DNA of 56,447 nt, from IMG/VR virus record IMGVR_UViG_3300032092_000008; one strand, 5' to 3'. Position 1 is the stretch's first letter, and each line of letters opens with the position of its first letter. The notes under the pieces were generated by a model that saw only the letters and a list, made by a program, of their open reading frames with translations, ran no database searches and had not been told where the DNA came from. Positions 1-10,100 of the stretch are shown piece by piece. The stretch is from an uncultured virus (IMG/VR IMGVR_UViG_3300032092_000008) (lineage: Duplodnaviria > Heunggongvirae > Uroviricota > Caudoviricetes). The translations under genes and the position numbers were made by a program.

Positions 1-29
1 CTTTCCAATAACTTATTACAAAATTCATT

Positions 30-440
30 TTATCTTTCCAATGAGTTGTTTACTGTGTAATACTTATTTAATACAGTACCTATGTCTTCATAGGCAGCTT
101 CTAAACGTTGTTGCATGCCAGACATTTCACCAGCAGTTTTTTCAAACGTTTTAAATGCCTCTTGTAGTTGTTTCATATGACGACTAACAGTAACATTATC
201 AAACCAATGTTCAGACTCTTGAATAGTCAATCCTTCAGCCGTATTAACAATATTTCCTAATGTTTCAGAAAGTTCACGTAAATTACTTTCACGGTAAACC
301 ATTTCTCCTAACTTATGATATTGAGATACTGCTTCTAAAAATGCTTTCTTTTCATCTTTAGACATGGCTGGCTTTTCTTCTTCTCCTAAATATTTTTCAT
401 TTAGGATATGTTTTAATAATTGTGATTCGTATTTTTTCAT
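30..440 (-). CDS. Hypothetical helical protein of the head module (possible prohead core/internal protein)
   Basis: 136-aa ORF next to the prohead protease; N-terminus MKKYESQLLKHILNE ends in an (I/L)xE site; heptad-rich; TAATG-coupled to the upstream gene. Confidence 0.6.
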   Translation of the reverse strand: MKKYESQLLKHILNEKYLGEEEKPAMSKDEKKAFLEAVSQYHKLGEMVYRESNLRELSETLGNIVNTAEGLTIQESEHWFDNVTVSRHMKQLQEAFKTFEKTAGEMSGMQQRLEAAYEDIGTVLNKYYTVNNSLER

Positions 441-781
441 TATAATCCTTGAAGTGTTTTTTCAATTCCTTGTAAATTTTTCATTACAGCTGATGCATAT
501 CTGTTAATAGTTACACGCGCTTGTTTTGCTTCATAACTCATAGCCATATCATCTTGAAGTTGATTGTCAATTTCTTGTAATACTTGTTCTAAATCCATCG
601 CAGCTGTTTCTAGACTTTCAATAAAAGTAGTATAATCCATTCCACTTTCCATTGATTCATCTTCGTTAATCTTACGACCAGAATTTCCTATACCTAAAAA
701 TACACTACCTTCAGTAAGCATCTTATCATTTGACTTAGGCTTACCAGCAAATAGTTTGTTATATTTTTTCTTTAAGTTCAT
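440..781 (-). CDS. Hypothetical head-module protein
   Basis: 113-aa ORF with LTE and INE sites and an acidic helical C-half; AGGA upstream of the ATG. Confidence 0.6.
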   Translation of the reverse strand: MNLKKKYNKLFAGKPKSNDKMLTEGSVFLGIGNSGRKINEDESMESGMDYTTFIESLETAAMDLEQVLQEIDNQLQDDMAMSYEAKQARVTINRYASAVMKNLQGIEKTLQGL

Positions 782-789
782 TTAGATCC

Positions 790-1050
790 TTATAGTTCAG
801 GTGGTATATTTGCAAATGGATCTGGAATAAATCCTGCGCCTGGTTGTCCTGGTGTATTATATGGTCCATATATGCTATTATGAGAAGCTTGTTCTAAACT
901 ATTAAATACAACTGAACTGGCAATTGGATTACCTAGTTGCATGTTTACCAATGGCTCCGCATTTGGACCAGTGGTAAATCCTGTTCCTAATTGGCCAGGG
1001 TTATTCGGACCAAATTGTGATGTATGTGCTAATTCTAATAATGATGGCAT
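790..1050 (-). CDS. Small Gly/Pro/Asn-rich putative virion protein with an internal duplication
   Basis: 86 aa; two copies of SL..x.H.S.(F/Y)GP.N.PGQ.G.GF; directly downstream of the protease. Confidence 0.6.
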   Translation of the reverse strand: MPSLLELAHTSQFGPNNPGQLGTGFTTGPNAEPLVNMQLGNPIASSVVFNSLEQASHNSIYGPYNTPGQPGAGFIPDPFANIPPEL

Positions 1051-1051
1051 A

Positions 1052-1657
1052 TTAAAACTCCATTATGATGTCTTGTATAATACGACTAATATTATCGTAT
1101 TTATTGTTTACCGTTCTATTAACGGACTCATTTACTGGTGATAGAAAAGCTCCATGCGTTGATGGATTACTAACAAAGTCAAATGCTATTAATTCAAAAT
1201 CATCTTGTACTTCAAGTGCTGCATTTCCTTCGCGCATTACTTCTTTTACAGATCCCATACCACGAGATGATATACCTAAACGAATTCCAGATTGGAATAA
1301 TGCTTTTAAAATATTACCAGATGGTGTCGGAAGTATTTCTACTTTACCAACCAAGTCATTACCTTGCCATCCCATTGATAATACATTATGAGATACATTG
1401 TTCAAATTGACAACAGATGAATCTGGGTGGTCTAATTCTCCTAACGCTCTACGCTCTGCAATAAATGTTTGACTATAATTTTTTGCTTCACGTTGTAATA
1501 TAGGCATTGGATAAATACGTCCATTTTGATTCTTTGCACCAGCTCTTTGAAGAACACCATTAACAATTAAACGGCCGTTATTTTCGGCTAAGGATTCATT
1601 TATTTGTTGCGGTGATACTTCAAAAATAGTATAATCAACCAAAAGCTGTTTACTCAT
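1052..1657 (-). CDS. Prohead core protease (T4 gp21-like)
   Basis: Motifs NQNGRIYP, ALGELDHP (catalytic His), TPSG, LGISSRGMGS (catalytic Ser), FDFVSNPSTHGAF. Confidence 0.95.
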   Translation of the reverse strand: MSKQLLVDYTIFEVSPQQINESLAENNGRLIVNGVLQRAGAKNQNGRIYPMPILQREAKNYSQTFIAERRALGELDHPDSSVVNLNNVSHNVLSMGWQGNDLVGKVEILPTPSGNILKALFQSGIRLGISSRGMGSVKEVMREGNAALEVQDDFELIAFDFVSNPSTHGAFLSPVNESVNRTVNNKYDNISRIIQDIIMEF

Positions 1658-1658
1658 A

Positions 1659-2462
1659 TTATCCTTTACGAGTTAATGTTGTATATGGATACGCAGCACC
1701 ATCAAATTTAACAGCGCCGACATAATAATTAGTATCGTTATAATACTTATCCAATCCATTTGTCGTTACAGAAACAGATGCAGTTGCGGCAACAAAGTTT
1801 GTAGTGATATCAGGTACGCCACCTTCATTAATATGTGTTATTGTCAATGATCCAGAACCAGCTGCAATAGTTGGTGTAAACAATGTACTAGGAGCAATTG
1901 TATTAGTAAATCCAGCGACAACAGCTGTTTCAGACTGATTGGCAATTGCTTCTTTAAATCTACTTACTAAACTACCAGTAATATTTGCTGTTTCTGATCT
2001 CGTATATGATGCAGTTACTAATCCAGCTAATCCAGTAGTATTACTATAGGTATAGCCAATAGAACTAGATACAATTAGGAATCTAAATGTCTTTGTGCTA
2101 TTTGCATGATTATATGAATAATCAACAGTGCCATTATATGCAGATACATCAAAATAATATTCATGTAATCCTGCTCCTGATCCAGTAATACCATTATCAA
2201 TTGTAGTTACCCAGGCAAAACTCTGTGTCTCAGCAGTATCACCAATAATTTGCGGGTTGCTCCCTAAAGCCGCAGCATTATTATTAGATACAGATGTTCC
2301 GGGTGATTGATGATTTTCATTTATAATAAACGGATCATCCCATAATACTTTATTACTATCTTTAATAAATTGAACACGTGCTGCTTCAACGCCTTTTGAT
2401 TCAATTAATTGTTTAATATGTGGCTGACGTGTATAGTCGCGCCAATCTAAAAAGTTACTCAT
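1659..2462 (-). CDS. Putative virion structural/decoration protein
   Basis: 267 aa; Ser/Thr/Gly-rich beta-type C-domain with six [ST][GAS]S tripeptides; lies in the head module. Confidence 0.55.
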   Translation of the reverse strand: MSNFLDWRDYTRQPHIKQLIESKGVEAARVQFIKDSNKVLWDDPFIINENHQSPGTSVSNNNAAALGSNPQIIGDTAETQSFAWVTTIDNGITGSGAGLHEYYFDVSAYNGTVDYSYNHANSTKTFRFLIVSSSIGYTYSNTTGLAGLVTASYTRSETANITGSLVSRFKEAIANQSETAVVAGFTNTIAPSTLFTPTIAAGSGSLTITHINEGGVPDITTNFVAATASVSVTTNGLDKYYNDTNYYVGAVKFDGAAYPYTTLTRKG

Positions 2463-3274
2463 TTTGATAATTCCTTTAATCTATTAGAAATACGTACCAT
2501 ACGTTCATTTATTTTGCTAAATCTAACTCCGGTACTTTTCCAGAATTGTCCTGAATTGACGCCAGATTCATTTTTTAATTTTAAATTATATGCAATAACA
2601 CGTTCAATTTCAGCTAACATTTTATTAACTTCCATTATACTTTTGTTTACTTTTTGTGATGGGGTAGCAGTTTCATCTTTTTTATATTCACGATATGATA
2701 CCGCTTCTTCGATACTATATCCAGACGGTGCTTTATAATCTACACTTGTATGAATATATCCCAAACGCTTTAAAGATTCAAACATGGCCATCGTTGCATC
2801 AGATGTACTGTATCCGTATTTAGTTGATAATCCTTTAACAAATCGATCAACCATTTTATCTAATGCAGGATTAGATGCTTCATTAATTGATTCAACGCCA
2901 TACATTTCAGCCATCATTTTTTTATATGATGATTTACTTTCCATTGGCTTAAATATTTTATTAGTTTTTTTAACGCGCTTCATGCCCATTGCTTCGATAG
3001 TGTCATCATCTGCCTTACCAAATGCATATGGCGATTCAAACCCAGGAACACCAGCGGTAGTAGACATTTCATCTAATTCTTCCTCTTCGTCCATTTGTGC
3101 AACTTTACTTAAACGTTTTTTCAAATAACGATCTGATGAATCAGTATCGCCATCATTATCTAAATCTTTATCATCTAACTTATCAAAATCCATTTCAGCT
3201 TCTTTATCAGAAACACGATCTACACCTTCATTGAAATGACGAAATTTACGTTCTAAATCTTTAAGAAAACTCAT
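2459..3274 (-). CDS. Putative internal head protein with a DxDxDG Ca-binding-like motif
   Basis: DKDLDNDGDTDSSDRYL; several processing-like sites (FNEG, LDEMSTTAGVPG, INEA, IEEA); C-terminal coiled coil. Confidence 0.6.
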   Translation of the reverse strand: MSFLKDLERKFRHFNEGVDRVSDKEAEMDFDKLDDKDLDNDGDTDSSDRYLKKRLSKVAQMDEEEELDEMSTTAGVPGFESPYAFGKADDDTIEAMGMKRVKKTNKIFKPMESKSSYKKMMAEMYGVESINEASNPALDKMVDRFVKGLSTKYGYSTSDATMAMFESLKRLGYIHTSVDYKAPSGYSIEEAVSYREYKKDETATPSQKVNKSIMEVNKMLAEIERVIAYNLKLKNESGVNSGQFWKSTGVRFSKINERMVRISNRLKELSK

Positions 3275-3275
3275 A

Positions 3276-3581
3276 TTAATGTCCTATTTGTTTTTTGAAT
3301 ACATATATAACACTATTAGTACCGCCTGATATTTTTGCTATTGATAAGTCAAGTATATCTTTATTACCATCAAGTAATCCTAATGGTAATATACCACCAT
3401 TTGATAGGCTGGCAGTTGCTCCACCAGCGACTGATACCAATATAGCTCCATAGCCATAATTACTTCCAGTAAAGTTAACCTCGCCGCCAGTGTATGTATA
3501 TGATGTCATATACTTACCAGGATGGCCTAATCTATCAAATTGATTTTGTTCAGTTGCTGTATATCCAGGATAAAAACTCAT
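3276..3581 (-). CDS. Small putative structural protein
   Basis: 101 aa, Gly-rich beta-type sequence, TGS and TAS motifs. Confidence 0.55.
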   Translation of the reverse strand: MSFYPGYTATEQNQFDRLGHPGKYMTSYTYTGGEVNFTGSNYGYGAILVSVAGGATASLSNGGILPLGLLDGNKDILDLSIAKISGGTNSVIYVFKKQIGH

Positions 3582-3582
3582 A

Positions 3583-4425
3583 TTACTTTCCTTTTATTTT
3601 TTGCAATTCATCAACTAATTCATAATAACGAAGCATTGTTAAAATATCTTTATCTTCAATAACGTTACGACGACTCATTGTAGTTAATAAATTTGCAACT
3701 TCATTTAATTTAATACGTATTACTTTGCTAGGTACTGTAGTTTTAATCTTATTAAGATTTTGACATAGTATAGATGCTTCAGAAATAACAAATTGCTTCA
3801 ATGTGGCAGAGTTTGTTACATTGTTAATATATTCACGAAGCAAACGTTTTTGTGATTCATTTAAAGTTGCATACTTTTCATTGAATTTATCAACAATAAG
3901 TTTTGATGCTAATATACGTATATCTTTGTTTTCAGTAGCTAGAGTTGGTGGCGCAGATACTGTTGTTGTTTTAGTACAAATATGTTCCATCATGGCAAAA
4001 CGATTATTAACATATTCCTTAGGATCATCAGACTCTATAAATTCAAATAATTTATAAATAGAAGCATGTAATTTATAATTACTAACACGAGATGCGAAAA
4101 ACTCATCAATGTTATAATGACTACGAATGTCTTTTATTAAATTGTATTTTTCACGCTTAATACCGGATTCATTTATTGCATGTTTAGTACGCAATACTGC
4201 TTCTAAAAACATTTCCGCTTTTTTTTGAGAGTCAAATTTTTCTTCGTGAAGTGATCTATATAATTTCAATTCTTTTGATAACTCTGAATTTTTTGAAAAA
4301 TTTCGTTTTATAATACCGAGTGCTTTTGAATTGCGATTATTCATCGTGTCCGAAGCAACTTGGCGTACAAGTAACTCAAAAATTAAACCAGTATTTTTTA
4401 CTTTTGCATGTTTAATCTTACTCAT
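3583..4425 (-). CDS. Helical hypothetical protein downstream of the portal
   Basis: 280-aa ORF starting KIKHAKVKNTGLIFELLVRQ; has its own ATATTTAT motif and AGGA. Confidence 0.75.
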   Translation of the reverse strand: MSKIKHAKVKNTGLIFELLVRQVASDTMNNRNSKALGIIKRNFSKNSELSKELKLYRSLHEEKFDSQKKAEMFLEAVLRTKHAINESGIKREKYNLIKDIRSHYNIDEFFASRVSNYKLHASIYKLFEFIESDDPKEYVNNRFAMMEHICTKTTTVSAPPTLATENKDIRILASKLIVDKFNEKYATLNESQKRLLREYINNVTNSATLKQFVISEASILCQNLNKIKTTVPSKVIRIKLNEVANLLTTMSRRNVIEDKDILTMLRYYELVDELQKIKGK

Positions 4426-4454
4426 GTATATTCCTGTTTGTACGTACCTTTTTA

Positions 4455-4462
4455 ATAAATAT
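4455..4462 (-). promoter_or_regulatory. Putative late promoter ATATTTAT
   Basis: Exact motif about 30 nt upstream of ATG 4425. Confidence 0.65.
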
Positions 4463-4484
4463 TCCGTATAATGAAAATGCCATA

Positions 4485-6374
4485 TTATTCTATATCCAAT
4501 AAATTATTTTCATCTAACATTGTGCCAGTGTCTGATGATGTTTCTTCGGTAATTAATGATTGCTTGATTACTGATTTTGTTTTCATCTTGCTAGCCATGG
4601 TTTGTATCAATAACTTATTGTTAACACTTTCCATGCTTAATGGCGAGCCACCTTTGTAATTATGCTGTAATGGCGACTTATCAGTACTTAATGCATTTCC
4701 TAGATCTTTTATTGCCAATGGATCACGCCCAAATGGACTACTATGTTTACCCCATGTGCCAGTTTCTTTTGGACGACCAGGTCCTGCTACATGTTCTTGT
4801 TCCATACCGGGTAACAATCCACCTTTATTGGCAACATGCATACTTGCTATGTCATGAGGTGTACCAAAACTCATATTTGTTTTCTTTGGATCATTACCTT
4901 CTGACTTAATTTGTTCTCTACGGAAAGATTCTTTTAAATCTTCAATAACAAGATCACGTTCATTTAACCATTCCTCATGACTTAATCCAAATACATTTTC
5001 ATAGATATATTTTTCTGAAAACATGTTTAACTCTTTCATGTTGCCAGCCAATCCAACTTTTGCATCATATGATTCAATTTTTTGCTTTTCATAAATCAAT
5101 GATGGATTTGTTAATGATAACTGGAAATTAACTAGTTCATCATCACGGAAGCCTTGCGAATATAAATGTACTATGGCAATCTTTGTTAACTCAGAAATAA
5201 AAATTCTTTGTATACGTTCAATTGTTCTAGCAAAACGCACATCTTCGGCTGCTAATGTTGCTTTACCTTCTACACCTTCATCATATCCTAAAAATGCTTT
5301 TGGTATTTTAAGAGCAGCATGCATTTTATTACGTAGATACTCGATATCTTCAATTTGACCGTCACTCGATAAACCAGGAAGTGGATCAATTGATGTACCA
5401 GATTCTCCTCCACGTACTGGAAGATAAAAATCTTCCATCATGTTTTGAATATTAAACTTTAAGTTGTATTGACCAGTAGCCTCGTCCATATATGGAGTCT
5501 TTTTCATCTTATTGATGATTTGTTGCATGTACCCGTCGACTTCTTGTGGTGGTAAATTACCAACATCAATTTTAAAGATGCGGCGTTCCGGAGCTCTCAT
5601 TATACGATGAATTAACATGGCATCTTCCATCAATGTTAATTGCTTGAATATTTTACGTGCCGGCTCAATCATTGACTTACCATATGGTAAGAAATTTGTA
5701 TCTGATAATAAACGAAAATGTGCAATTTGATAATTTTCAAATTGATTTCTAGGATTACCAAAACTTCCGCCAAAATGACTAGTGGTGGTATGTGATCCTT
5801 GCACAACAAAACGATATGCATATGGATTTTCAGGATCGTATCCTTCTTCACGAACCATTTCATATGTTGACATGGGAACTACATTGATAACTCCTAACTC
5901 ATCTTCAATATCCAAATACAAATAGAAATCACCATATTTACAGGCATTACGAATCCATGGCCATAAATTATAATCTATGTTAAGTATGTCATAAAATAAA
6001 TTATGTAATACTTTACGTACTTCGTCATTAGGCGCTGAGATTGTTAATGTGTCGCCTTCTGCATCTTTAACTGTGCTTTCGTCTGCATAAATATCTAATG
6101 CCGATGCGATAATTGGATCCAAATCCATTGCTTCGTAATCAGAAAACAATTCAGTTTTTGATTGATGAAAGTTATAAGTTTGATTTGCAATATGTCCGGA
6201 TTGACCTCTATGTAGGCCAGCAAAACGATCAATGTAGTTATTACTAGAAAGTGCACCATTTGATAATAAATGGTTTGTATCTATAACTTTTAATCTATTT
6301 TTTGCTACACGACGAACAATAACATTTGTCGAAAAAAGCCGTTTTAATCTAGCTTGTAGTGAAGTATCTGCCAT
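4485..6374 (-). CDS. Portal vertex protein (T4 gp20-like)
   Basis: LMEDAMLIHRIMRAPERRIFKIDVGNLP, MMEDFYLPVRGG, LPG, DIEYLRNKM..ALKIP, EDVRF are gp20-type motifs. Confidence 0.96.
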   Translation of the reverse strand: MADTSLQARLKRLFSTNVIVRRVAKNRLKVIDTNHLLSNGALSSNNYIDRFAGLHRGQSGHIANQTYNFHQSKTELFSDYEAMDLDPIIASALDIYADESTVKDAEGDTLTISAPNDEVRKVLHNLFYDILNIDYNLWPWIRNACKYGDFYLYLDIEDELGVINVVPMSTYEMVREEGYDPENPYAYRFVVQGSHTTTSHFGGSFGNPRNQFENYQIAHFRLLSDTNFLPYGKSMIEPARKIFKQLTLMEDAMLIHRIMRAPERRIFKIDVGNLPPQEVDGYMQQIINKMKKTPYMDEATGQYNLKFNIQNMMEDFYLPVRGGESGTSIDPLPGLSSDGQIEDIEYLRNKMHAALKIPKAFLGYDEGVEGKATLAAEDVRFARTIERIQRIFISELTKIAIVHLYSQGFRDDELVNFQLSLTNPSLIYEKQKIESYDAKVGLAGNMKELNMFSEKYIYENVFGLSHEEWLNERDLVIEDLKESFRREQIKSEGNDPKKTNMSFGTPHDIASMHVANKGGLLPGMEQEHVAGPGRPKETGTWGKHSSPFGRDPLAIKDLGNALSTDKSPLQHNYKGGSPLSMESVNNKLLIQTMASKMKTKSVIKQSLITEETSSDTGTMLDENNLLDIE

Positions 6375-6389
6375 AAGTTCTATTTATTA

Positions 6390-6397
6390 ATAAATAT
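6390..6397 (-). promoter_or_regulatory. Putative late promoter ATATTTAT (portal)
   Basis: Exact motif about 16 nt upstream of ATG 6374. Confidence 0.75.
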
Positions 6398-7977
6398 TAG
6401 ATTAACCAGGTAAGGCTCTCGTTTTGTCCGTTAACGCCCCATTGCCAGGAGCCATTATCCACATTACCTGTACTGTATACACCTGGACTACTCTTTCCAA
6501 AGTGTCCTAAGGTCTTACGAGACAAATCCATACCTTGTTGTTGTAAACGAAGTGCAGTATCACGTATCCATAAAGCTGTACCAAATGACATTACCAAGTC
6601 ATCATTATAACCACGTTGTGCTTCTGCTCTTTGGCCAGTCCATATGAATACTAATAACTCATCTATTAATCGTTTACTACGTACCACCGGAGTCTTTTCA
6701 CGGAAGTATGTTTCTAATTTAGATATTACCAAAGGACGTGTTTTGGAATTCATTGAGAACCCAGGAACTTTATCTGATTTACCTTTAAGGTCATATCCCT
6801 TTGCTAAATGTACATTTTCATCTACATATGCATCTGAACGATATGAATAATATAAGTTGTCATATCCTCTATCTATTGCAACTTGTAGTACTGCCCATCC
6901 TATATTAGCATTTTCAATTACTAGTAAAGCATTATTATATTCGGTGGCAACAGATACAAGCATGTTGCCGTAATCAGTAGTTCCTATTTTACCTTTGTAT
7001 TCCGCAACTTGTGTCATGCTATTAATTTCCATGACATGAAATGCGGAGTAGTCAGCTCCATCGCCTCGAGCAACGTCAGCTATAACCGCATAACTTTTAT
7101 TAGTTCCATACTCAGGATATTCCCATATCCAATAATTGCCATCGAAGCCTCGGCGTTCCATTGGCTCTTTAACATATGTTTGTTCATACCATTGCAATAT
7201 AGGACCGTCAATGACAGTATGGCCAGATGATATAAAGTCACAGTCACATTCTTGGGCTGCTTGTTTTTCTCCTAACAGTTCTGTTTGTTGTACACGCCAT
7301 TTATCATTACGATCAGGATGAACTGTCCAGTGTAGTTTCATCGGATGAAATTGACCACCCGCTTCCGCATCTGACCAAACTTTATGAAACCAATTACCAG
7401 TACCATTAGGAGTAGATAAAGCAATACATCCACCACCTGTAGCAAGTGTTTGCTGAGCTGACGTCCATATTTCATCAATGTTTCTAATAAATGCTGCTTC
7501 ATCTATGACCAATAATGATAATGCTTCTGAACGACCGGCAGTTCCTGTACTTGATACAGCTTTTACCTGAGAGCCATTCTTGAAGCGAAGTGAAAGTTTA
7601 TTATCTTCTATACTAGTTCCTTTTAACCAACTAGGAAGATTTTCGTGCATTACACGTATTTTTGTTACCAAGTTTTTTGCAACGTCTTGTGTTGTTGCAA
7701 TAACTAGTACGTTATAATCTGATTTAAACAACATGGCCCATAACACATAACCAGCTGTTACTGTTGATATACCCAACTGACGTGATTTTAATATAACACT
7801 ATATCGATTATGTTGTAAAGAAGTTAAAACCTCTTCCTGAAATGGATAGAGGTTAAAATACATTTTTCCTTTGGTAGGATGTTGTATAATACAATACTTG
7901 CGCATGAAATGTATTGGATCCATGGCGCATCGTTTATACTCTTCAGCAATTATTTCACGTAAACTTTTTTGAGCCAT
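6397..7977 (-). CDS. terL: Large terminase subunit (T4 gp17-like)
   Basis: Q motif LYPFQ, Walker A KSRQLGIST, Walker B LLVIDEAAF, STPNG coupling motif, nuclease ADVARGDGADYS and DDLVMS. Confidence 0.96.
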   Translation of the reverse strand: MAQKSLREIIAEEYKRCAMDPIHFMRKYCIIQHPTKGKMYFNLYPFQEEVLTSLQHNRYSVILKSRQLGISTVTAGYVLWAMLFKSDYNVLVIATTQDVAKNLVTKIRVMHENLPSWLKGTSIEDNKLSLRFKNGSQVKAVSSTGTAGRSEALSLLVIDEAAFIRNIDEIWTSAQQTLATGGGCIALSTPNGTGNWFHKVWSDAEAGGQFHPMKLHWTVHPDRNDKWRVQQTELLGEKQAAQECDCDFISSGHTVIDGPILQWYEQTYVKEPMERRGFDGNYWIWEYPEYGTNKSYAVIADVARGDGADYSAFHVMEINSMTQVAEYKGKIGTTDYGNMLVSVATEYNNALLVIENANIGWAVLQVAIDRGYDNLYYSYRSDAYVDENVHLAKGYDLKGKSDKVPGFSMNSKTRPLVISKLETYFREKTPVVRSKRLIDELLVFIWTGQRAEAQRGYNDDLVMSFGTALWIRDTALRLQQQGMDLSRKTLGHFGKSSPGVYSTGNVDNGSWQWGVNGQNESLTWLI

Positions 7978-7991
7978 GTAACTTTTATTTT

Positions 7992-8927
7992 TTATACTTG
8001 AGTACCTAATATTTTAGCGATATGAGCTTTTAAGTATTCTTTAACCTCACCTTGTTTTATGGCAGTCAATGCACCCTCAATTGATGCAGCATCAAATGCT
8101 CCATGCAATGCTTCAAATGCAGCATCGGTACCAGCTTTAACCATTAATACACATACAATAACTAACCATATGTTTTCTGCTACTTTTTTTCTATCCGCTT
8201 CTGGCGCATTTCTAAAAACAGGATCAGCTTTTAATAATGTTGCAATAAATGCAATATATTTATGGTGCAGGCTTTTTCCGCCCTCTTTCACCAACTGCCC
8301 TATTTTTATAGCAATTAATTCTGCATCTGCCATGGCTCCATACATTTCACCGTTAGCAGTTAATATACTAAGAATTCTAGGAAGTCCCATGATTAGTTTT
8401 CCAATCATTTCTATTATTTTAGGAAGCGCTGCTATAATACCAGCAATTGTCCATCCACCTATTTCATTAATAGATTCAGATTGCTGTTTAACTATTTTTT
8501 CAGTACCTTTTAATGCCTTATCTAATAAATCTTCAATAGCATTTTCATCATCAGATGTTAGTTCAGGTAATTCATCAAAATCAACATTATCTAAATTACT
8601 TTTACTAGTACTGTCGTTTTTAGCTGAATCTGTTTCAAATTCAATTTCGTTTAATGATTTTTTTTTAATCTCTTCAATAATAATAGCACGTATCAATTTA
8701 CGCATTTCATCTATTTGCAATTGAGCATCTTTATCTAATTCATTAACAGACGACTCCAATTCTTTTTCCAAACGTTTTTTATCTTTGGTCAAGTCTTTAA
8801 GAGATGCCATAAGCTTTTGCTTTTTAACGCCATCTGCTTCAGCATATTCCTTAGCCATCTTTTTCATTTTCTCAACAAGAGTTTCAAGTTCTTTAGATAT
8901 CTTGCTAATAGATCTTCCTTTTGCCAT
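7992..8927 (-). CDS. Hypothetical protein: coiled coil, LNE/INE sites, then two hydrophobic helices
   Basis: RKLIRAIIIEEIKKKSLNE; INEIGGWTIAGIIAALPKII; IWLVIVCVLMV. Confidence 0.65.
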   Translation of the reverse strand: MAKGRSISKISKELETLVEKMKKMAKEYAEADGVKKQKLMASLKDLTKDKKRLEKELESSVNELDKDAQLQIDEMRKLIRAIIIEEIKKKSLNEIEFETDSAKNDSTSKSNLDNVDFDELPELTSDDENAIEDLLDKALKGTEKIVKQQSESINEIGGWTIAGIIAALPKIIEMIGKLIMGLPRILSILTANGEMYGAMADAELIAIKIGQLVKEGGKSLHHKYIAFIATLLKADPVFRNAPEADRKKVAENIWLVIVCVLMVKAGTDAAFEALHGAFDAASIEGALTAIKQGEVKEYLKAHIAKILGTQV

Positions 8928-8928
8928 C

Positions 8929-9528
8929 TTATCCTTTAAGACTATTGTATATTTTTTCTTTTAGTTGTTTGTAATCAGTATCAAATTTTTCTAGAAAAGC
9001 TGTTTGATTCCAATCCTCTAAGCGTCCATCTGCGTTTTGTATGAATTGTAAATGTACTGCTTCGCGTAATAAGGCAACATCTCTGTCTGCATCTTTAAAC
9101 CAAGCTTCGGCATTTTGCAACATGCGTTCTTTATTATACGCATCCCAAGCTTCTTTACCTTGATTACGTATTTTAGACTCTTCTTTAATAACACATTCAA
9201 AACATTTTTTATGAATGAAATACATTTTAAAGTTTAAATGTTGTTCTGTGTCACGCATTGTTTTATCACAACATGGACATGCGTCTGGTACCGTTAATGC
9301 TTTACGTACTTGATCAAGTATACTATTTTCTACTTGTCGTGTACGATAACCATCGTGTTGCGTTATGCTCCAGGTTGTACCTTTGTTATCTGTTTCTGTC
9401 CAGGTATCACCTACAGCATGCTTTTCTGTAACTGTTTTATTAAAGCCATACGATTTTCTTGTCTGTGATTTATGAGTTCCAGACATCATTTCTTGTATGG
9501 CTTTGGTATTTTGTAACTTGTTTGACAT
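8929..9528 (-). CDS. Hypothetical Zn-finger protein
   Basis: CPCC ... CFEC cysteine pairs; 199 aa, near the terminase. Confidence 0.7.
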   Translation of the reverse strand: MSNKLQNTKAIQEMMSGTHKSQTRKSYGFNKTVTEKHAVGDTWTETDNKGTTWSITQHDGYRTRQVENSILDQVRKALTVPDACPCCDKTMRDTEQHLNFKMYFIHKKCFECVIKEESKIRNQGKEAWDAYNKERMLQNAEAWFKDADRDVALLREAVHLQFIQNADGRLEDWNQTAFLEKFDTDYKQLKEKIYNSLKG

Positions 9529-9529
9529 A

Positions 9530-10075
9530 TTATTGTAACGCTGTTTTAATTTTTGTACGTATCATACGCTTGGCAGCGTCATCTAATGGCAATGATTTAA
9601 GCATATCAAAAACAAAATTAACTTGTTCTATGGCTGGTTTGTTTTCCAACATTTTTACCATTTGCTTGAATGCCACCGTATCAGTTAATCTTTCCTGGCG
9701 TTGTTGAAGACCGGCAGATACTTTTGAATCAGGAGCGGTATCCATTTCCAATTCATTTATTGTGTTCTCAGTTGTACTAGCTTTTTCAGCTGCGCCTAAC
9801 TTACGAGCTATGCGTTGCTTGATAGTATTAAAATCTTTCGAAGTTAATCCTAATTGCTGAGCTAATTGTGCTGTTAATTCTGCTTTTTGTTCTGGTGTCA
9901 TACGAGCAATACGGTCTTGGTCTATTTTACCTAAACCAACATTTAACTGCGTACGAGCTGATCCTAATTTTGATCTTAAATTGCTTCCAATTTTATGTAA
10001 AAAATCAGCTTCCCCTTCATTGAGAATAGCTTGAATTTCTTTGCGAAGCATTTCACGTAATTGTTTTTCTTTCAT
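9530..10075 (-). CDS. Putative internal head protein
   Basis: Leader MKEKQLREMLRKEIQAILNEG; ATATTTAT motif and AGGA upstream. Confidence 0.65.
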   Translation of the reverse strand: MKEKQLREMLRKEIQAILNEGEADFLHKIGSNLRSKLGSARTQLNVGLGKIDQDRIARMTPEQKAELTAQLAQQLGLTSKDFNTIKQRIARKLGAAEKASTTENTINELEMDTAPDSKVSAGLQQRQERLTDTVAFKQMVKMLENKPAIEQVNFVFDMLKSLPLDDAAKRMIRTKIKTALQ

Positions 10076-10092
10076 GAATATCCTTGTTTTCT

Positions 10093-10100
10093 ATAAATAT
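10093..10100 (-). promoter_or_regulatory. Putative late promoter ATATTTAT
   Basis: About 18 nt upstream of ATG 10075. Confidence 0.75.
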
